DNA of 61,227 nt, filler included, from 7 parts of 7 records of this genome joined end to end with filler, not necessarily neighbours in it, one strand, 5' to 3'. Shown: positions 8,614-21,059, numbered from the whole stretch's first letter. The notes: generated by a model from the letters alone, not told the origin. Numbers and translations are program-made.

Positions 8614-11600
8614 GTCGAGACTCCCCGCGGTCGAGGTAACAACCGCAGACTCGCCGATCCGGGCAAACGCTGATACAGTATGGCTGTTGACAGCCACGGC
8701 ACCGGAAAGATGCAAATTTAAGAGGTCGGCCGCACCCGACCGTTCAGGAGCAGCATTGTCGCCACCCTTGAAAAGGCCGAGAATATTCCCGACGAGAGTG
8801 GGGCCCATGCTGGCGAGGGCCGTGGTTTCGTCCTTCTCGGACGTAACATCGGCTTGAATCGACATATCCCCTGTCGAGATTACGGTCCCGTTCACATCTG
8901 TCGTGGCCTCGCCGACAAAGACGGACACCGGAACAGACACCGCCAGGAATCCCGTGCCAGCGGCGGCATTGGTATCAACGTGTTGATCCTTGACAACGTT
9001 AGCCTCGATATCCAGGGTCGAACCGCTGGTCAGGGAGGCTCCGGAGCTGACGGTGACGGTGGCGGTGGCGACCCCGACCCCCACGGCCACCTGGGTCACC
9101 GGGATATGGTTCCACAGCTCCCGGCTCTTGTCGTAGCCCTCCTGGGTACCGGATTTATTGTATATCTTCCCATGTATCCAACTGGCGCCTTCTCCTTTGA
9201 TAACATTGTCCAGCGTCAACAACAGGGTCGTTCCACCGTTGGTGGCGGAAACATTGACCGTACTGTCGGCTAAAGCATTTATAGATAGCTTGTCAGCCGT
9301 ATTAATAATGGTGCCATCCCCCACCGTCACCGTTGCCGTGGGAACAGACACCCCGACGCCGAACCACATAGGCAGATACCGGCTCCGGACCGTGGCGCTG
9401 GTCAGTGCCGTGGCATCAAGATTCAGGTTCTCCGCGTCTATGTCGACATTGGCCAGAGAAATAGTCGCGTCGGCAATGGAGATATCCACCGGAAGGGTCG
9501 GCATAAAGCCCAGGGTATTAACGACCAGATCGAGGATGGGAGAGATTTCAGGTACACCCTCTGCCGGTTCGCCGGCCAAAGTGTGGATGCCCGTTGCCCC
9601 CGTGGGATCGAGATCGATCCATTGAGGCGTCGCCGCCTCGGCATCAGCCTGGGTCTCTGCCAAACGGATGGTCTCAAAATCTACGACGATGGCGTAATAG
9701 GTATTTCCAAGGGTCAGCCCTTCCAGTGAGTAGCCACCATCAGTGTCATAAATGAGAGCATCACCGGTTTCAAAAGCATGCGGTTCGTCAAAGACGATGG
9801 TGTCGCTCCCGGCATCCACCGCAACGGAGGGATCAAATTCCAGGGCACGTTCCTCGAAAAGCTCGTGGTGACCGGCCTCGGCAACCATATTAACATCAGC
9901 CCCCTGATGACGGCTCCATCGACTGTGAGTGTGGCCACATATTTATCATAGGGATTGAAGAAAGCACCGATATCGGCCAGTTGTTCCTTCCACCCGCCCC
10001 AGTCGTTTCCGGGGTCGGGATCGGGTATGTAAGAAATGGCCCAGGTATGGTCGGCCTGCAGGGTGATATCACCGGCCGAATAGTCAGTGCCGTCGTTGAC
10101 TACATGGGCCAGCAGGCGCGCGTCTTCCGTAATCGAAATATCCGGTGCTATCAGGGTGATATCGCCTGAGTCGCCCAAAGAGAGAGCATCCAGGTAGTCA
10201 GTGCCGACGATGGCACGCGAGGAGATGGTGGCGCCGTTGTTGATCGTGATGGTGCCGCCGGAAATCAGGGTAAAATCACCGGCCAACGAAACATCGCTGC
10301 TGATAGTAATGTCGTCCTGGTCCACCAGGGTCAGGGACCCGCTGGCGCCGGACCAGTCGTAGGTGTCGTCTCCGAAACCCCCGAAAAATGTATCACTCCC
10401 GCCGCCGCCGGTCAGGATGTCGTCACCCCCGGCACCGAGCAGGATGTTATCGCCCGAAGTACCTGTTAAACGGTCTTCAAACTGGGTGCCGATGAGGTTT
10501 TCGATATCGGCCAGACGATCACTGCCTGCCCGAACGGTATCCTGGTAATCCGTTTGGGTCAGGTCGACCTCAACGCCCCTTTGCGTTCCGTCGTCCTCAA
10601 CATTGTAGTAATAAGCGAAGTCACTGCCGGCGCCACCGTCGAGGTCATCGTTTCCGGCGCCGCCTTCCAGAATATCATTCCCGCCTTCACCTCTGAGGCT
10701 GTCATCGCCGGTGCCGCCCACCAGAAAATTGTTCCCATCATCGCCCCACAGGGTGTCGTTGAAATCAGATCCGATGAGGTTTTCTACGCCGTTCAGAGAA
10801 TCCGTGTCCCCGTAGCCATCAAGATTCAAGATAAGCTGATTCAGGGCAATCTGGACGGCACCGGGCGCGGCGGCATAGGAGGCCCAGTCACTGCCCTCGC
10901 CGCCGAAAAGGGTATCGACCCCATCGCCACCTTCGAGGGTGTCATCACCGGCACCGCCCATAAGCCGATCATCTCCAATCCCCCCCGAGATGAGGTTGTC
11001 ACCCGAATCCCCCGTGAGGGTATCATTAAAGTCAGAACCGCTGAGGTTCTCGATATCGATAAGTGTGTCATTGCGACCATAACCGTCGGTCGCCGTGCCA
11101 CCGAGGGTGACATCTACGCCAGCCGTATCGGTTTCGTAGGAAGCCGTATCACTGCCCGAACCACCTCGGAGAGTGTCCGCACCATCGTCTCCGGAGAGGG
11201 TATCATCTCCGCCACCACCGATAAGGGTATCGTCCCCTTCGCCGCCGAAGAGGTGATCCGCACCGGCGAGACCGCTGATGATGTTGTTGTTTTCGTCACC
11301 CGAAAGAGTGTCGTTATAGATGGACCCCTCGATATTTTCTATCCCGGTCAGGGTGTCTAAACCGGCCCGAACGGTATTCTGGGCTTCTGTGTTGCCGAGG
11401 TTAGCCGTCACACCGATGTCAGGATCAGCATCTGCCGGATCCACTTCCACATCGGCATAAGAAACCACATCGCTGCCTGTGCCCCCGGTGATAATATCGT
11501 CTCCCGCACCGCCGGTAAGCCAGTCACTACCGGCACCGCCGTCAAGCGTATCGTTATCCGCGCCGCCAAAGAGGTGATCCGCACCATCCCCGCCCGAAAG

Positions 11601-14600
11601 GGCGTCCATTCCACCGCCACCGGACAGGAAGTTGTCTCCGCCGTCGCCGATGAGGATGTCATTATGGGCCGAACCGGAAAGATTTTCGATATTGGAGAGT
11701 GTATCGGAACCGCCGAAACCGTCCGTTGCGGTCCCGCCCAAAGTAACGGTTACCCCTGACGCATCTCCGGCGTAGGAGACGGTGTCGGTGCCCGCGCCGC
11801 CGTCAATCAGATCATCCCCTGCTCCCCCTGCGAGGATGTTGTTGGCGCTGTCTCCGCTAAGCTGATCGTCATAAGAACTACCGGTAAGGTTCTCGATATC
11901 GGTGATGGTGTCCCAGCCCGCACCGAGCGTGTTCTGGGACTCTTCCGACGAAAGATCTACAGTCACGCCAGTGCCGGACTGTATTTTTTCGTAGGAAAGG
12001 GTATCGACCCCCAGAGAACCATAGATCAGGTCGTCGCCGCCGCTACCGTAAAGGAGATCATGGCCGGCGCCGCCAAAGAGGATATTGTCGTTTTCATCAC
12101 CCGTGAGGGTATCGTTATAGAGAGACCCCTCTATATTCTCTATCCCGTTCAGGGTGTCCAAACCGGCCCGGACGGTATCCTGGGCCGTGGTGTCGCCGAG
12201 ATCCACGGTTACACCGGTCTCGGGCATGGCATCATCGGCATCCACAGTCACATGAGCATAAGAAACCGTGTCACTCCCGCCACCGCCGGTGAGCGTGTCG
12301 TCGCCGGCCAAACCGATGAGGGTATTATCGGCGCCGTCACCGATAAGAGTGTCGTTGTAGGAGGTACCTTCCAAATGCTCCACGTCGGTGAGGGTGTCTG
12401 CATTACCATAGCCATCGGTAGCAGACCCGCCAAGGGTTACCGTAACCCCGGCGGCGTCGTCGGCATAGGAAACCAGGTCGCTGCCCTCACCGCCCGAAAG
12501 CGTGTCGGCACCGTCGCCCCCGTACAGGATGTCGTCGCCCGCGCCGCCCTCGAGGATATTGTCGTTACCGTCACCGGTCAGGGTGTCGTCATAATCGGAG
12601 CCTGTGACGTTCTCAATACCCTCAAGGGTGTCTTCACCATTTCCGGTGGCCTGGGCCGCGCTGCTCGACAGGTCCACGGTCACAGCAGATTCTGCATCGG
12701 CATAGGAGGCCGTATCACTGCCGCCACCACCCGAAAGCACATCGTCACCCGCGCCGCCCTGGAGGATATTGTCGTTACCGTCACCGGTCAGAGTGTCGTC
12801 ATAGTCCGACCCAATGATGTTTTCAATGCTGCTCAGGGTATCATTGCCAGCTGATTCCGTATCCTGGTCGTCACTGCGGCTCAAATCAATAACCACCCCA
12901 CCTTCGGCATCGGCATAGGAGACGGTGTCACTTCCGGTACCACCGCTCAGCACATCGTCGCCCAAACCGCCGGTAAGGACGTTGGCGCCGCTATCACCGG
13001 TGAGGGTATCGTTGTAAATCGATCCTTCAAGGTTTTCGATTTCGACCAGGGTATCGGAACCGGCCCGCACCGTATCCTGGGAACCGGCAATAGCGAGGTT
13101 GACGCTTACCCCGGTTTCCGGGTTATCGTCTTCATCGTCTACTTCCACCTCGGTATAAGAGGCGGTATCGCTTCCGGCGCCGCCGGTCAGCCGGTCGTCG
13201 CCATCATTACCTGCCAGGGTGTCATCCCCTTCGCCACCGAAGAGTTCATCGTCCCCGGCGTCGCCGTACAGGGCATCATCGCCCGCCAAACCCTGCAAGG
13301 TATCGTCACCTTCGCCGCCCTCGATAAGATTGTCGCCTTCATCACCAATGAGAGTATCTGCGTAGGCTGAACCCTGGATATTCTCAATTTCGGAAAGGGC
13401 GTCCGTTGCACCCATGCCGTCGGTGGCCACTCCGGCTGACAGATCGACGCTGACGCTGTTGCTCTCGTTGCTGTAGGAAGCCGTATCCGAGCCGTCGCCA
13501 CCTATAAGGGTGTCGCTGCCGGACCAACCGGACAGGGTGTCGTCACCCTCGCCGCCGTTTAGAATGTTATCGCTAGTATCACCGAAGAGGGAATCGTCCG
13601 ACGCTGAACCGGTCAGGTTCTCCATATCCGTCAGCGTATCGACCCCGGCACCACCCGTATCCTGGGCCGTTGAAATCCTGAGGTCGACCTCGACCCCGTC
13701 CTCCGCATCCTCATAGGACGCCGTATCGCTGCCGTCACCACCATCCAGCTCGTTGGTGCCGGTGCCGCCGATGAGGGTATCATCTCCGGCGAGACCAGCC
13801 AGGGTATCGTCACCGCCCGCACCGTTGAGAATGTTATCTTGTCCGTCACCGGTCAGAATGTCGTCATAATCGGAACCGTAAAGGTTTTCCACAGATGTCA
13901 GAGTGTCGACTCCACTGCCGGTATCCTGGGCCGTTGCGACTCCAAGATCGACCTCGACCCCGGATTCCGCATCCTCGTAGGACGCCATATCGCTGCCGTC
14001 ACCGCCGTCGAGCTGGTTGGTCCCTGCGCCGCCAACAAGCGTATCGTCACCGGCACCGCCCGTCAGGGCATCGTCGCCGGCGCCGCCCGTGAGAACATTG
14101 TCATTTTCATCACCGGTCAGACTATCCCCAAAGGCCGAACCTTCCAGATTTTCAATATTGTCCAGACTGTCGCTGTCGCCGTAACCGTCGGTCGCGCTCC
14201 CTCCGAGGGTAGCGCTCACGCCGCCGGTGTCATCGGCATAAGAAGCGGTATCGGTGCCCCGGCCGCCATCAAGGCTGTCATCGCCGGCACCACCCACCAG
14301 AACATCATCCCCATCACCGCTGACGAGAGTATCATCCCCGGCACCACCTATGAGCGTATTGGCATTAACATCACCCAACAAGGTATCGTCATGAGACGAA
14401 CCGATAAGCCCTTCGATCTCCGTAAGTGAATCCGTACTACCATAGCCATCGTCCGCTGTGGACATGGAGAGATCGGCGTCGATTCCCACCGGGGCATCGC
14501 TGTAATCGGCGATATCATCCCCATCGCCACCGACAAGAGTGTCGTCACCGGCACCACCGGCCAGGAGGTCATCACCGGCACCACCCAAAAGCATATTGCT

Positions 14601-15846
14601 GTCCGCGTCGCCGGTGAGCAGATCGTCATAGTCTGAACCGATGAGGTGTTGGATATTGCCGAGGGTATCCGTACCTGCCCGAACCGTATCCTGGGCGGTG
14701 GCGATTCCGAGATTGACGGTCACACCCGTATCCGGGTTGTCGTCTGTTTCCTTCACGACCACTTCCGCATAGGAGGCGGTATCGCTCCCGGTACCACCGT
14801 CAAGCGTATCGTCGCCGTCTCCACCTTCGAGGATGTCGTCGCCGTCACCGCCGGTAAGGGTGTCGTCACCGGCGCCGCCTTCCAGAACATCGCTCCCCAG
14901 ACCGGCCGTCAGCGTATCGTTTCCGTCATCACCAGCGAGTAAATCGTCTCCTTCAAGGCCGTCGATGGTATCTTCGCCGTCACCTCCGAAGATGATATTG
15001 TCGGAATCGTCGCCCGTAAGAACATCATCGTAAGAGGAGCCTATCAGGTTTTCTATGCTGGACAAGGTGTCCTGCCCCGCACCAATCGTATCCTGCTCTT
15101 CCGATTCGCCCAGATCTACCTCGACGCCTGTCCCGGACGAGATATCGTCGTAGGAAACCGTATCGCTGCCGTCGCCGCCCGACAGCAGGTCGTCACCGGC
15201 ACCACCCGCCAGGATGTCATTGCCCGAACCCCCTGTGAGGGTATCCGCGCCAGCACCGCCGCGCAGAAGGTTTTCGTTGGAGTCCCCGATCAAGGTATCA
15301 TCATAATCGGAGCCTTCGAGGTTTTCCACGTCAGCGATGGTGTCCAGCCCTGCCCCCAGGGTATCCTGTTGGTTTTGCAGGTTCAGGTTGATCTCGACCG
15401 CAGTGGCAGCATCCGAATAGCGGGCCGTATCCTCGCCCTCGCCGCCGCTGATCGTGTCGTCGCCTGCTCCGCCATGAAGAACATCATTTCCCGCTCCGCC
15501 CTCGAGGGTGTCATCGCCCAGACCGCCGACCAACAGATCCTGGCCCTGGCCGCCCAAGAGGGTGTCATCGCCATCGCCACCCGACAGGGTGTTGTCTCCA
15601 TCGCCGCCATCGAGGGTGTCCTGGCCGCCCAGGCCGCTCAGTTCGTTGGCGAGATCATCGCCCTTGATATAATCATCCCCACTGCCGCCAATCACATGCT
15701 GGATATTCCGCACGCCCGCGGTGCCCTGAGCGGTAGCAAAATCAGAATCATCCGTGGCGGACAGGTCGACTTCAATCCCCGTCGAAAAAGCAGAATAATT
15801 CAAGGTATTGGAGGTCCCCTCGCCGCCATCGATGGTGCCCGCAAAC
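8614..15846 (-). CDS. Internal fragment (>=2400 aa) of a giant secreted Ca-binding RTX-repeat surface protein/adhesin; frameshift at C-run 9900-9904
   Basis: Dozens of GGxGxDxLx nonapeptides and about 20 DTLxxIENLxGS modules; ORFs 9714-15803 and 8566-9888 join by adding one G ([15 protein letters not shown]); open at both contig ends. Confidence 0.88.
12531..12810. repeat. Near-identical intragenic direct repeats, 210-bp period
   Basis: CCCGCGCCGCCCT(C/G)GAGGATATTGTCGTTACCGTCACCGGTCAG occurs at ~12538 and ~12748. Confidence 0.75.
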
Positions 15847-15946
15847 NNNNNNNNNNNNNNNNNNNNNNNNNNNNNNNNNNNNNNNNNNNNTTAATTAATT
15901 AANNNNNNNNNNNNNNNNNNNNNNNNNNNNNNNNNNNNNNNNNNNN
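15847..15946. other. Artificial contig spacer
   Basis: Same 100-bp N/TTAATTAATTAA/N linker. Confidence 0.98.
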
Positions 15947-16450
15947 CATGGCGATCATCACCCGCTGGCGCATTCCCCCTGAAAACTGGTGGGGATAATC
16001 ATGAATCCTGGCGTCAGGCTCGGGAATGCCCACAAGGTCCAGGAGGCGGACCGCCTCGGCCCTGGCCTCTGCCTTTTTCATTCCCCTGTGCTTGATCAGG
16101 GGTTCCATGACCTGGAAACCGACTCTGTACACCGGATTGAGACTGGTCATGGGCTCCTGGAATATCATGGAAATCTGGTTCCCCCGGATATCCCGGATCA
16201 CAGCATCCTTGACCTTGACCAGATCCCGGCCCTGAAACAGAATTTTCCCTGCTGCAATATGGGCCAAAGGCTTTGGGAGCAGCTGGAGAACCGATAATGC
16301 AGTTACGGATTTGCCGCATCCAGATTCCCCCACAACCCCTAAGGTTTCTTGGGGATTGATATGAAAACTGACCCCGTCCACTGCAGTGAGCATCCCCCGT
16401 TTGGTAGAAAACCGGGTTTTCAGCCCCTTTATTTCCAGAACAGGTTCCAT
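15947..16450 (-). CDS. dppD: Dipeptide/oligopeptide ABC transporter ATPase (3' partial)
   Basis: [31 protein letters not shown]. Confidence 0.92.
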
Positions 16451-17290
16451 TTATTGCGACCTCAATGAGGGGTCCAGAACATCCCTGAGCCCGTCCCCGA
16501 AAAGGTTAAATCCCAGAACAAGGATGAGAATGGCGAATCCGGGGAATGCGGCCACATGGGGGGCCTGCTGGATATACTGCCGCCCCTCGGAAAGCATGGC
16601 GCCCCATTCCGGGGAAGGAGGCTGGGCGCCCAGGCCCAGAAAGCCCAGGGCTGCGGCCTGGAGTACGGCGGTTCCCATCCCCAGGGTGGCGTATACGATG
16701 ATGGGGGGCAGGCAATTGGGCAGAATATGCCTGAACAGGATCCGCCCGTGGCTGCCCCCCAGGTGGGAAACGGCCTGGACAAACAATTGTTCCTTAAGGC
16801 TGAGCACCCCTGCCCTGACGATCCTGGCATAATGGGGGATATAGACGATCCCCACCGCCACCATGGTGTTGGTGAGATTGGGCTCCAGGATGGCGGTGAT
16901 GAAAATGGCCAGCAATATGGCCGGAAATGCCAGAAGCATATCCATAAGCCGCATGATGATGCTGTCCACCCCTTTGCCGAAATACCCGGATACCAGCCCC
17001 AGCAGGGTGCCGGGAACCAATGATATGAAAACGGATATGACCCCGATCATCAGGGAAATCCGTGCCCCGTAAATCACCCGGCTCAAAATATCCCGGCCCA
17101 GGCTGTCCGTACCCAGATAATGCTGGACGCTTGGCCCCTGGAGCCGGTCCAGGGGCGCAGGCAGCAGGGGATCTGCCGGGGCAATCCAGGGCCCGAACAG
17201 GGCCAGAAAAAGAATAAGGCAGATAAGGACCAGGCCGGTCATGGCGCTGAAACTTTTGGTCAGATCTTTAAGCCCTTCCCATCTATTCAT
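16451..17290 (-). CDS. dppC: Dipeptide ABC transporter permease
   Basis: LGTDSLGRDILSR, RHILPN, LGFLGLGAQPPSPEWG, GDGLRDVLDP. Confidence 0.92.
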   Translation of the reverse strand: MNRWEGLKDLTKSFSAMTGLVLICLILFLALFGPWIAPADPLLPAPLDRLQGPSVQHYLGTDSLGRDILSRVIYGARISLMIGVISVFISLVPGTLLGLVSGYFGKGVDSIIMRLMDMLLAFPAILLAIFITAILEPNLTNTMVAVGIVYIPHYARIVRAGVLSLKEQLFVQAVSHLGGSHGRILFRHILPNCLPPIIVYATLGMGTAVLQAAALGFLGLGAQPPSPEWGAMLSEGRQYIQQAPHVAAFPGFAILILVLGFNLFGDGLRDVLDPSLRSQ

Positions 17291-18293
17291 GAACACGTAT
17301 CCTCGGATCCAGCATCACGTAAATCAGGTCCACGGCCAGATTAATAACGGCCATGAGCACGGCAAAGACCAGGATGCACCCCTGTACGGCAGCATAATCC
17401 CTGCCTGCAAGGGAGTCCACCACATAACGGCCCAGGCCGGGCCAGCTGAAGATGGTCTCTGTCAATACAGCCCCGCCCAGGAGCAGGCCCAGATTCAGGC
17501 CCAGGACCGTGACCACGGGCAGGAATGCATTGCGCAGTCCATGGCGGAGCACCACAACGGTTTCAGTCATCCCCTTGGCCCGGGCCGTGCGCACATAGTC
17601 CGTGCCCATGACCTCCAGCATGGAACTGCGGGTGATCCGGGCCACAATGGCCATGGGGATGGTGGCCAGGGTGAATGCGGGCAGGACCAGGTGCCCCAGG
17701 GCGGAAACCAGACCTTCCCAGTTCCCGGCCACCAGGGCATCCACCACCACCAGCCCTGTGAAATGGGGGACCTCGATTCCCAGGGTGATCCGCCCCATCA
17801 TGGGCAGGATCGGGAATTTCACGGCAAAAAGATAGATCAGCATCAGCCCCAGCCAGAAGATGGGCATGGATACCCCCACAAGGGCAAGGAACATGGACCC
17901 GTAATCCCAGAAGGAATGCTGCCGTACTGCGGAGAGGACCCCGGCGGCAACCCCTGCAAGGGTGGCAATGCACATGGCGGCCAAAGAGAGTTCCAGGGTG
18001 GCGATGAGCCGGACCCAGATTTCCCCTGCCACAGGCGCATTGGTCCGGATGGAATTGCCAAGATCGCCCTGGAGAAGCTGGCTCAAATAAATCCAGAACT
18101 GGGTGAAAATGGACTGGTTGAGCCCCAATTGCTCCCTGAGGCGTTCCAGCTCCTCAGGACTTGCAAACTCGCCTAAAAGAAGCTGGGCAGGGTCCCCGGG
18201 AATCATCCTGAGCATGAGGAAGACCGCCACGCAGACCCCGAACATAATGATAATCAGGTGAGCAAGCCGCCGTGTAATATACCCCGGTGTCAT
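17283..18293 (-). CDS. dppB: Dipeptide ABC transporter permease
   Basis: PGDPA, DYVRTARAKG, ETIFSWPGLG, DPRIR. Confidence 0.92.
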   Translation of the reverse strand: MTPGYITRRLAHLIIIMFGVCVAVFLMLRMIPGDPAQLLLGEFASPEELERLREQLGLNQSIFTQFWIYLSQLLQGDLGNSIRTNAPVAGEIWVRLIATLELSLAAMCIATLAGVAAGVLSAVRQHSFWDYGSMFLALVGVSMPIFWLGLMLIYLFAVKFPILPMMGRITLGIEVPHFTGLVVVDALVAGNWEGLVSALGHLVLPAFTLATIPMAIVARITRSSMLEVMGTDYVRTARAKGMTETVVVLRHGLRNAFLPVVTVLGLNLGLLLGGAVLTETIFSWPGLGRYVVDSLAGRDYAAVQGCILVFAVLMAVINLAVDLIYVMLDPRIRVHE

Positions 18294-18305
18294 AAATGGG
18301 GCGCC

Positions 18306-19858
18306 CTATTTTTTGCCCACCATCTGGAAGCTGTTGAGCCCGTTGGGACGCAAGGGCACGTCGGTGAGCCGCTTATTATAGCACCGGACAATGGTGGTGT
18401 GGGCCAGGGGAATCAGGGGGCTTCCCTGTGGACGATTTCCTGGGCCTTGAGGTAGTTCCGGATCCGGGCCGCTTTATCAAAGATCCCCTGGGCTTCTTTG
18501 CACAGGGCCGTAAATTCGGCATTCTTCCATAGGGAAACATTGGAGGCCCCGGGGGTCTTGGCCGTATCAGCGGACAGCAGGCCGTAGAGGAAATTGTCAG
18601 GATCGGCATTTCCCCCCAGCCATCCCAGCATGCACATATCATGTTCCCCGTTTGAAGTCTTTTTCAGATAGGCGCCCCAGTCCATGCGGACGATTCTGGC
18701 CTTGACCCCCACCCCGGCCAGGTAGGCCTGGAGCAGTTCTGCTGTCTTTACCGGATCCGGCATATAGGCCCGGCTTACGGGCATGGCCCAGAGTTTCAGT
18801 TCCCGGCTGAAATCAAATCCGGCCGCCTTGAGCATTTTTTTGGCCTTGGCCGGATCATATTCATAGGGCTGAACACCATCGTTATACCCCCAGATAGACG
18901 GGGCAAAAGGGTTCTTTGCCGGAATGGCCATACCCTGGAAAATGGCCTGGATGATGGTGTTTTTATCAATGGCATGGCTTAGGGCGATGCGCACCCTGGG
19001 ATCCTTGAGATAGGGTTTTTCCGTATTCAGGGCCAGGTATCCCACATTGACGCTTGGCCGTTTGATCATGGCCAGGCTGGAATCCTTTTCCACCAGTTTA
19101 ATACTGTCCGGATCCAGGTCGTCGGCAATGTCCACGGCCCCGGACTGGAGGGCCATGAGCCGTGCAGAGGGTTCTGGAATAGATTTGAGTACAATTCTTT
19201 TTACTTTGGCTTTCTGGCCCCAATACGCTTCGTTCCGCTCAAAAACGATCTGGTCGTCCTTCACCCATTTGACGAATTTAAAAGGGCCGGTCCCAACGGG
19301 ATGCTGGCCGATCTGATCCTTATACTGGTGCATGGCCTTGGGGGAAAGAATGGGGCAGAGCCACAGGGCCAGGTTGTTCAGCAGGGGCGCAAAAGGCTTT
19401 TCAGTAACCAGCTGGACCGTATACTCGTCCACGATATTTATGGATGTCACCGGTTTGAGGGAAAGGCTGAGATACCGCCACTTGCCGTATCCGTGCAGGG
19501 GGTGGTCCTTGTCAATGATACGGGCAAAGGAATCGTAGACCGCCTGGGCGTTAAAGGGTTCGCCGTCGTGGAACCTCACCCCGCGGCGCAGCTTAAAGGT
19601 CCAGGTAAGGCCGTCTTGGGAAACAGACCAGGATTCGGCCAGTTGGGGCTCCACATCCATGCTGTCCTTGCCGAAAATAACGAGATTTTCCAGGACCTGG
19701 ATGCCCGCTTTAATGGACTCACCGTCCGTGGCCTGGGCCAAATCCAGGTTGACAGAATCACCGCCGCGGCCCCAGACCAGGGTATCTGCCTGGGAACCAA
19801 AGGCGGAAGCCGGCAGCATCAGAGCTGCACCCAAAAGAACGATCAACAACCTTTGCAT
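18306..19858 (-). CDS. dppA: Dipeptide ABC transporter periplasmic binding protein (family 5); frameshift at G-run 18416-18420
   Basis: Signal peptide, LAESW, FKLRRGVRFHDG, PVGTGPF, DppA-like LWAMPVSRAYMP and GWLGGNADPDNF; one added base extends to LIPLAH...VGKK* at 18306. Confidence 0.9.
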
Positions 19859-20027
19859 CTTCCTTCCTCCTATTTATGCGTTTTTTCTCTGACCCGGACC
19901 GGGTCTATATTTCTCCTCCTGCTTGGATCTGATTCTTCGTACAAGGGCCCGGCCGGTTGCCGGCCAAGGCCTTTTCAGCTAAAGTAGTCTTATCTAGATG
20001 GGGTTTGCCTAAAATGTCAAGAAAAAC

Positions 20028-20110
20028 ATTAAGCCGGTTGAATAAATAATATAAATCTGATTTAATTTTTTATATTAAGATGATTAAATAAGATATTAAA
20101 CCGGTTACAA
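20028..20110. promoter_or_regulatory. Candidate operator sites in the divergent dppA/regulator promoter
   Basis: ATTAA(G/A)CCGGTT at 20028 and 20095 flanking the palindrome TAAATC-T-GATTTA (20052-20064) in an AT-rich island. Confidence 0.4.
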
Positions 20111-20126
20111 TTATAAGGATACCATC

Positions 20127-21059
20127 ATGTCCAACACACAGCGTCACATAAGGGCAGAATATATCTGCGACCTGATCGGTTCCAGCCGAATCCCCCGGAA
20201 CCAGGTCGCGGCTGCAGCCGGGCTGACCAATACCTATATCCGGGACCTGGAGCTGGGCAATATCGCCAATGTGGACCGGCGTAAACTGCTGCGCCTTGCC
20301 GTGGCCCTGAACATGAACCTGAACCGCATAGACGAAATGCTTCGGATTTTCGACCGGGCCAGCCTTTCATCCCAGGATATTGAAATCTTTATTGAGTCCG
20401 CCCACAAACGGAAGATCACCACGGCCCTGTCTCCGTTGCGGGATTTTTATGCCTATGAGCTTGCCGTCTATGCCATGGAGGTAATCCCCGGGAACCAGGT
20501 CATGGTCAATGACCGCCCCACGGTCTGCCTGAGGGAGCCGGGCCACCGCAGTTTCTCCGACTCAGGCCTGGTGGCGGCCCACCCCCTCTATGCCGAGCTT
20601 CTGGAAACCATCGGGGCGGTGCGGCGCCGCCAGTTTGAAACCAATTTAAAAACCGATACCATCAGTCATTATCTGTGCAGGGAATGTATTGAAGACTATG
20701 TCCTGGCCAATAAAAATGAAGAAGAGGCTTTCTGGCGGAAAAAGCATGTGGCCAACCTCCTGGACTATTATAAAAAATATCCCAATCTCAAGATCCATAT
20801 CACAGGGGTCTGCTCCTATATGCTCTTTTCCATCAAACAGCCCACGGACGGTTCGGACACTCAGTTCAACTTTTGTGCAAAACCGGGCCATTATGTGCCT
20901 GGAGAGCGGCTGGGACGGCTGTCCGGATTTTCCACCTCCAATCCGGTGATGCTCAAAACCTTTGAAGACGAACTGGCCTCCATCAAAACATGGGTGGTGG
21001 AGGATCTCAGGGACAGGGAAGCGGTCCAGGCCTATCTGGAGGGGCTGCTCTCCTCCTGA
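20127..21059 (+). CDS. XRE-type helix-turn-helix regulator with uncharacterised C-terminal domain
   Basis: N-terminal RNQVAAAAGLTNTYIRDLELG...KLLRLAVAL HTH pattern; divergent from dpp operon. Confidence 0.7.
   Translation: MSNTQRHIRAEYICDLIGSSRIPRNQVAAAAGLTNTYIRDLELGNIANVDRRKLLRLAVALNMNLNRIDEMLRIFDRASLSSQDIEIFIESAHKRKITTALSPLRDFYAYELAVYAMEVIPGNQVMVNDRPTVCLREPGHRSFSDSGLVAAHPLYAELLETIGAVRRRQFETNLKTDTISHYLCRECIEDYVLANKNEEEAFWRKKHVANLLDYYKKYPNLKIHITGVCSYMLFSIKQPTDGSDTQFNFCAKPGHYVPGERLGRLSGFSTSNPVMLKTFEDELASIKTWVVEDLRDREAVQAYLEGLLSS

Noticed and set aside
9714-15803. Pore-forming RTX toxin or diversity-generating retroelement target
   Set aside because: No hydrophobic pore domain, acyltransferase or reverse transcriptase is visible, and the repeat differences are not adenine-specific
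5874-19987. Long antisense ORFs (5874-6788, 10554-11360, 12060-12854, 17241-18176, 19301-19987) as overlapping genes
   Set aside because: Shadows of GC-rich genes on the opposite strand, with no recognisable motifs or start signals
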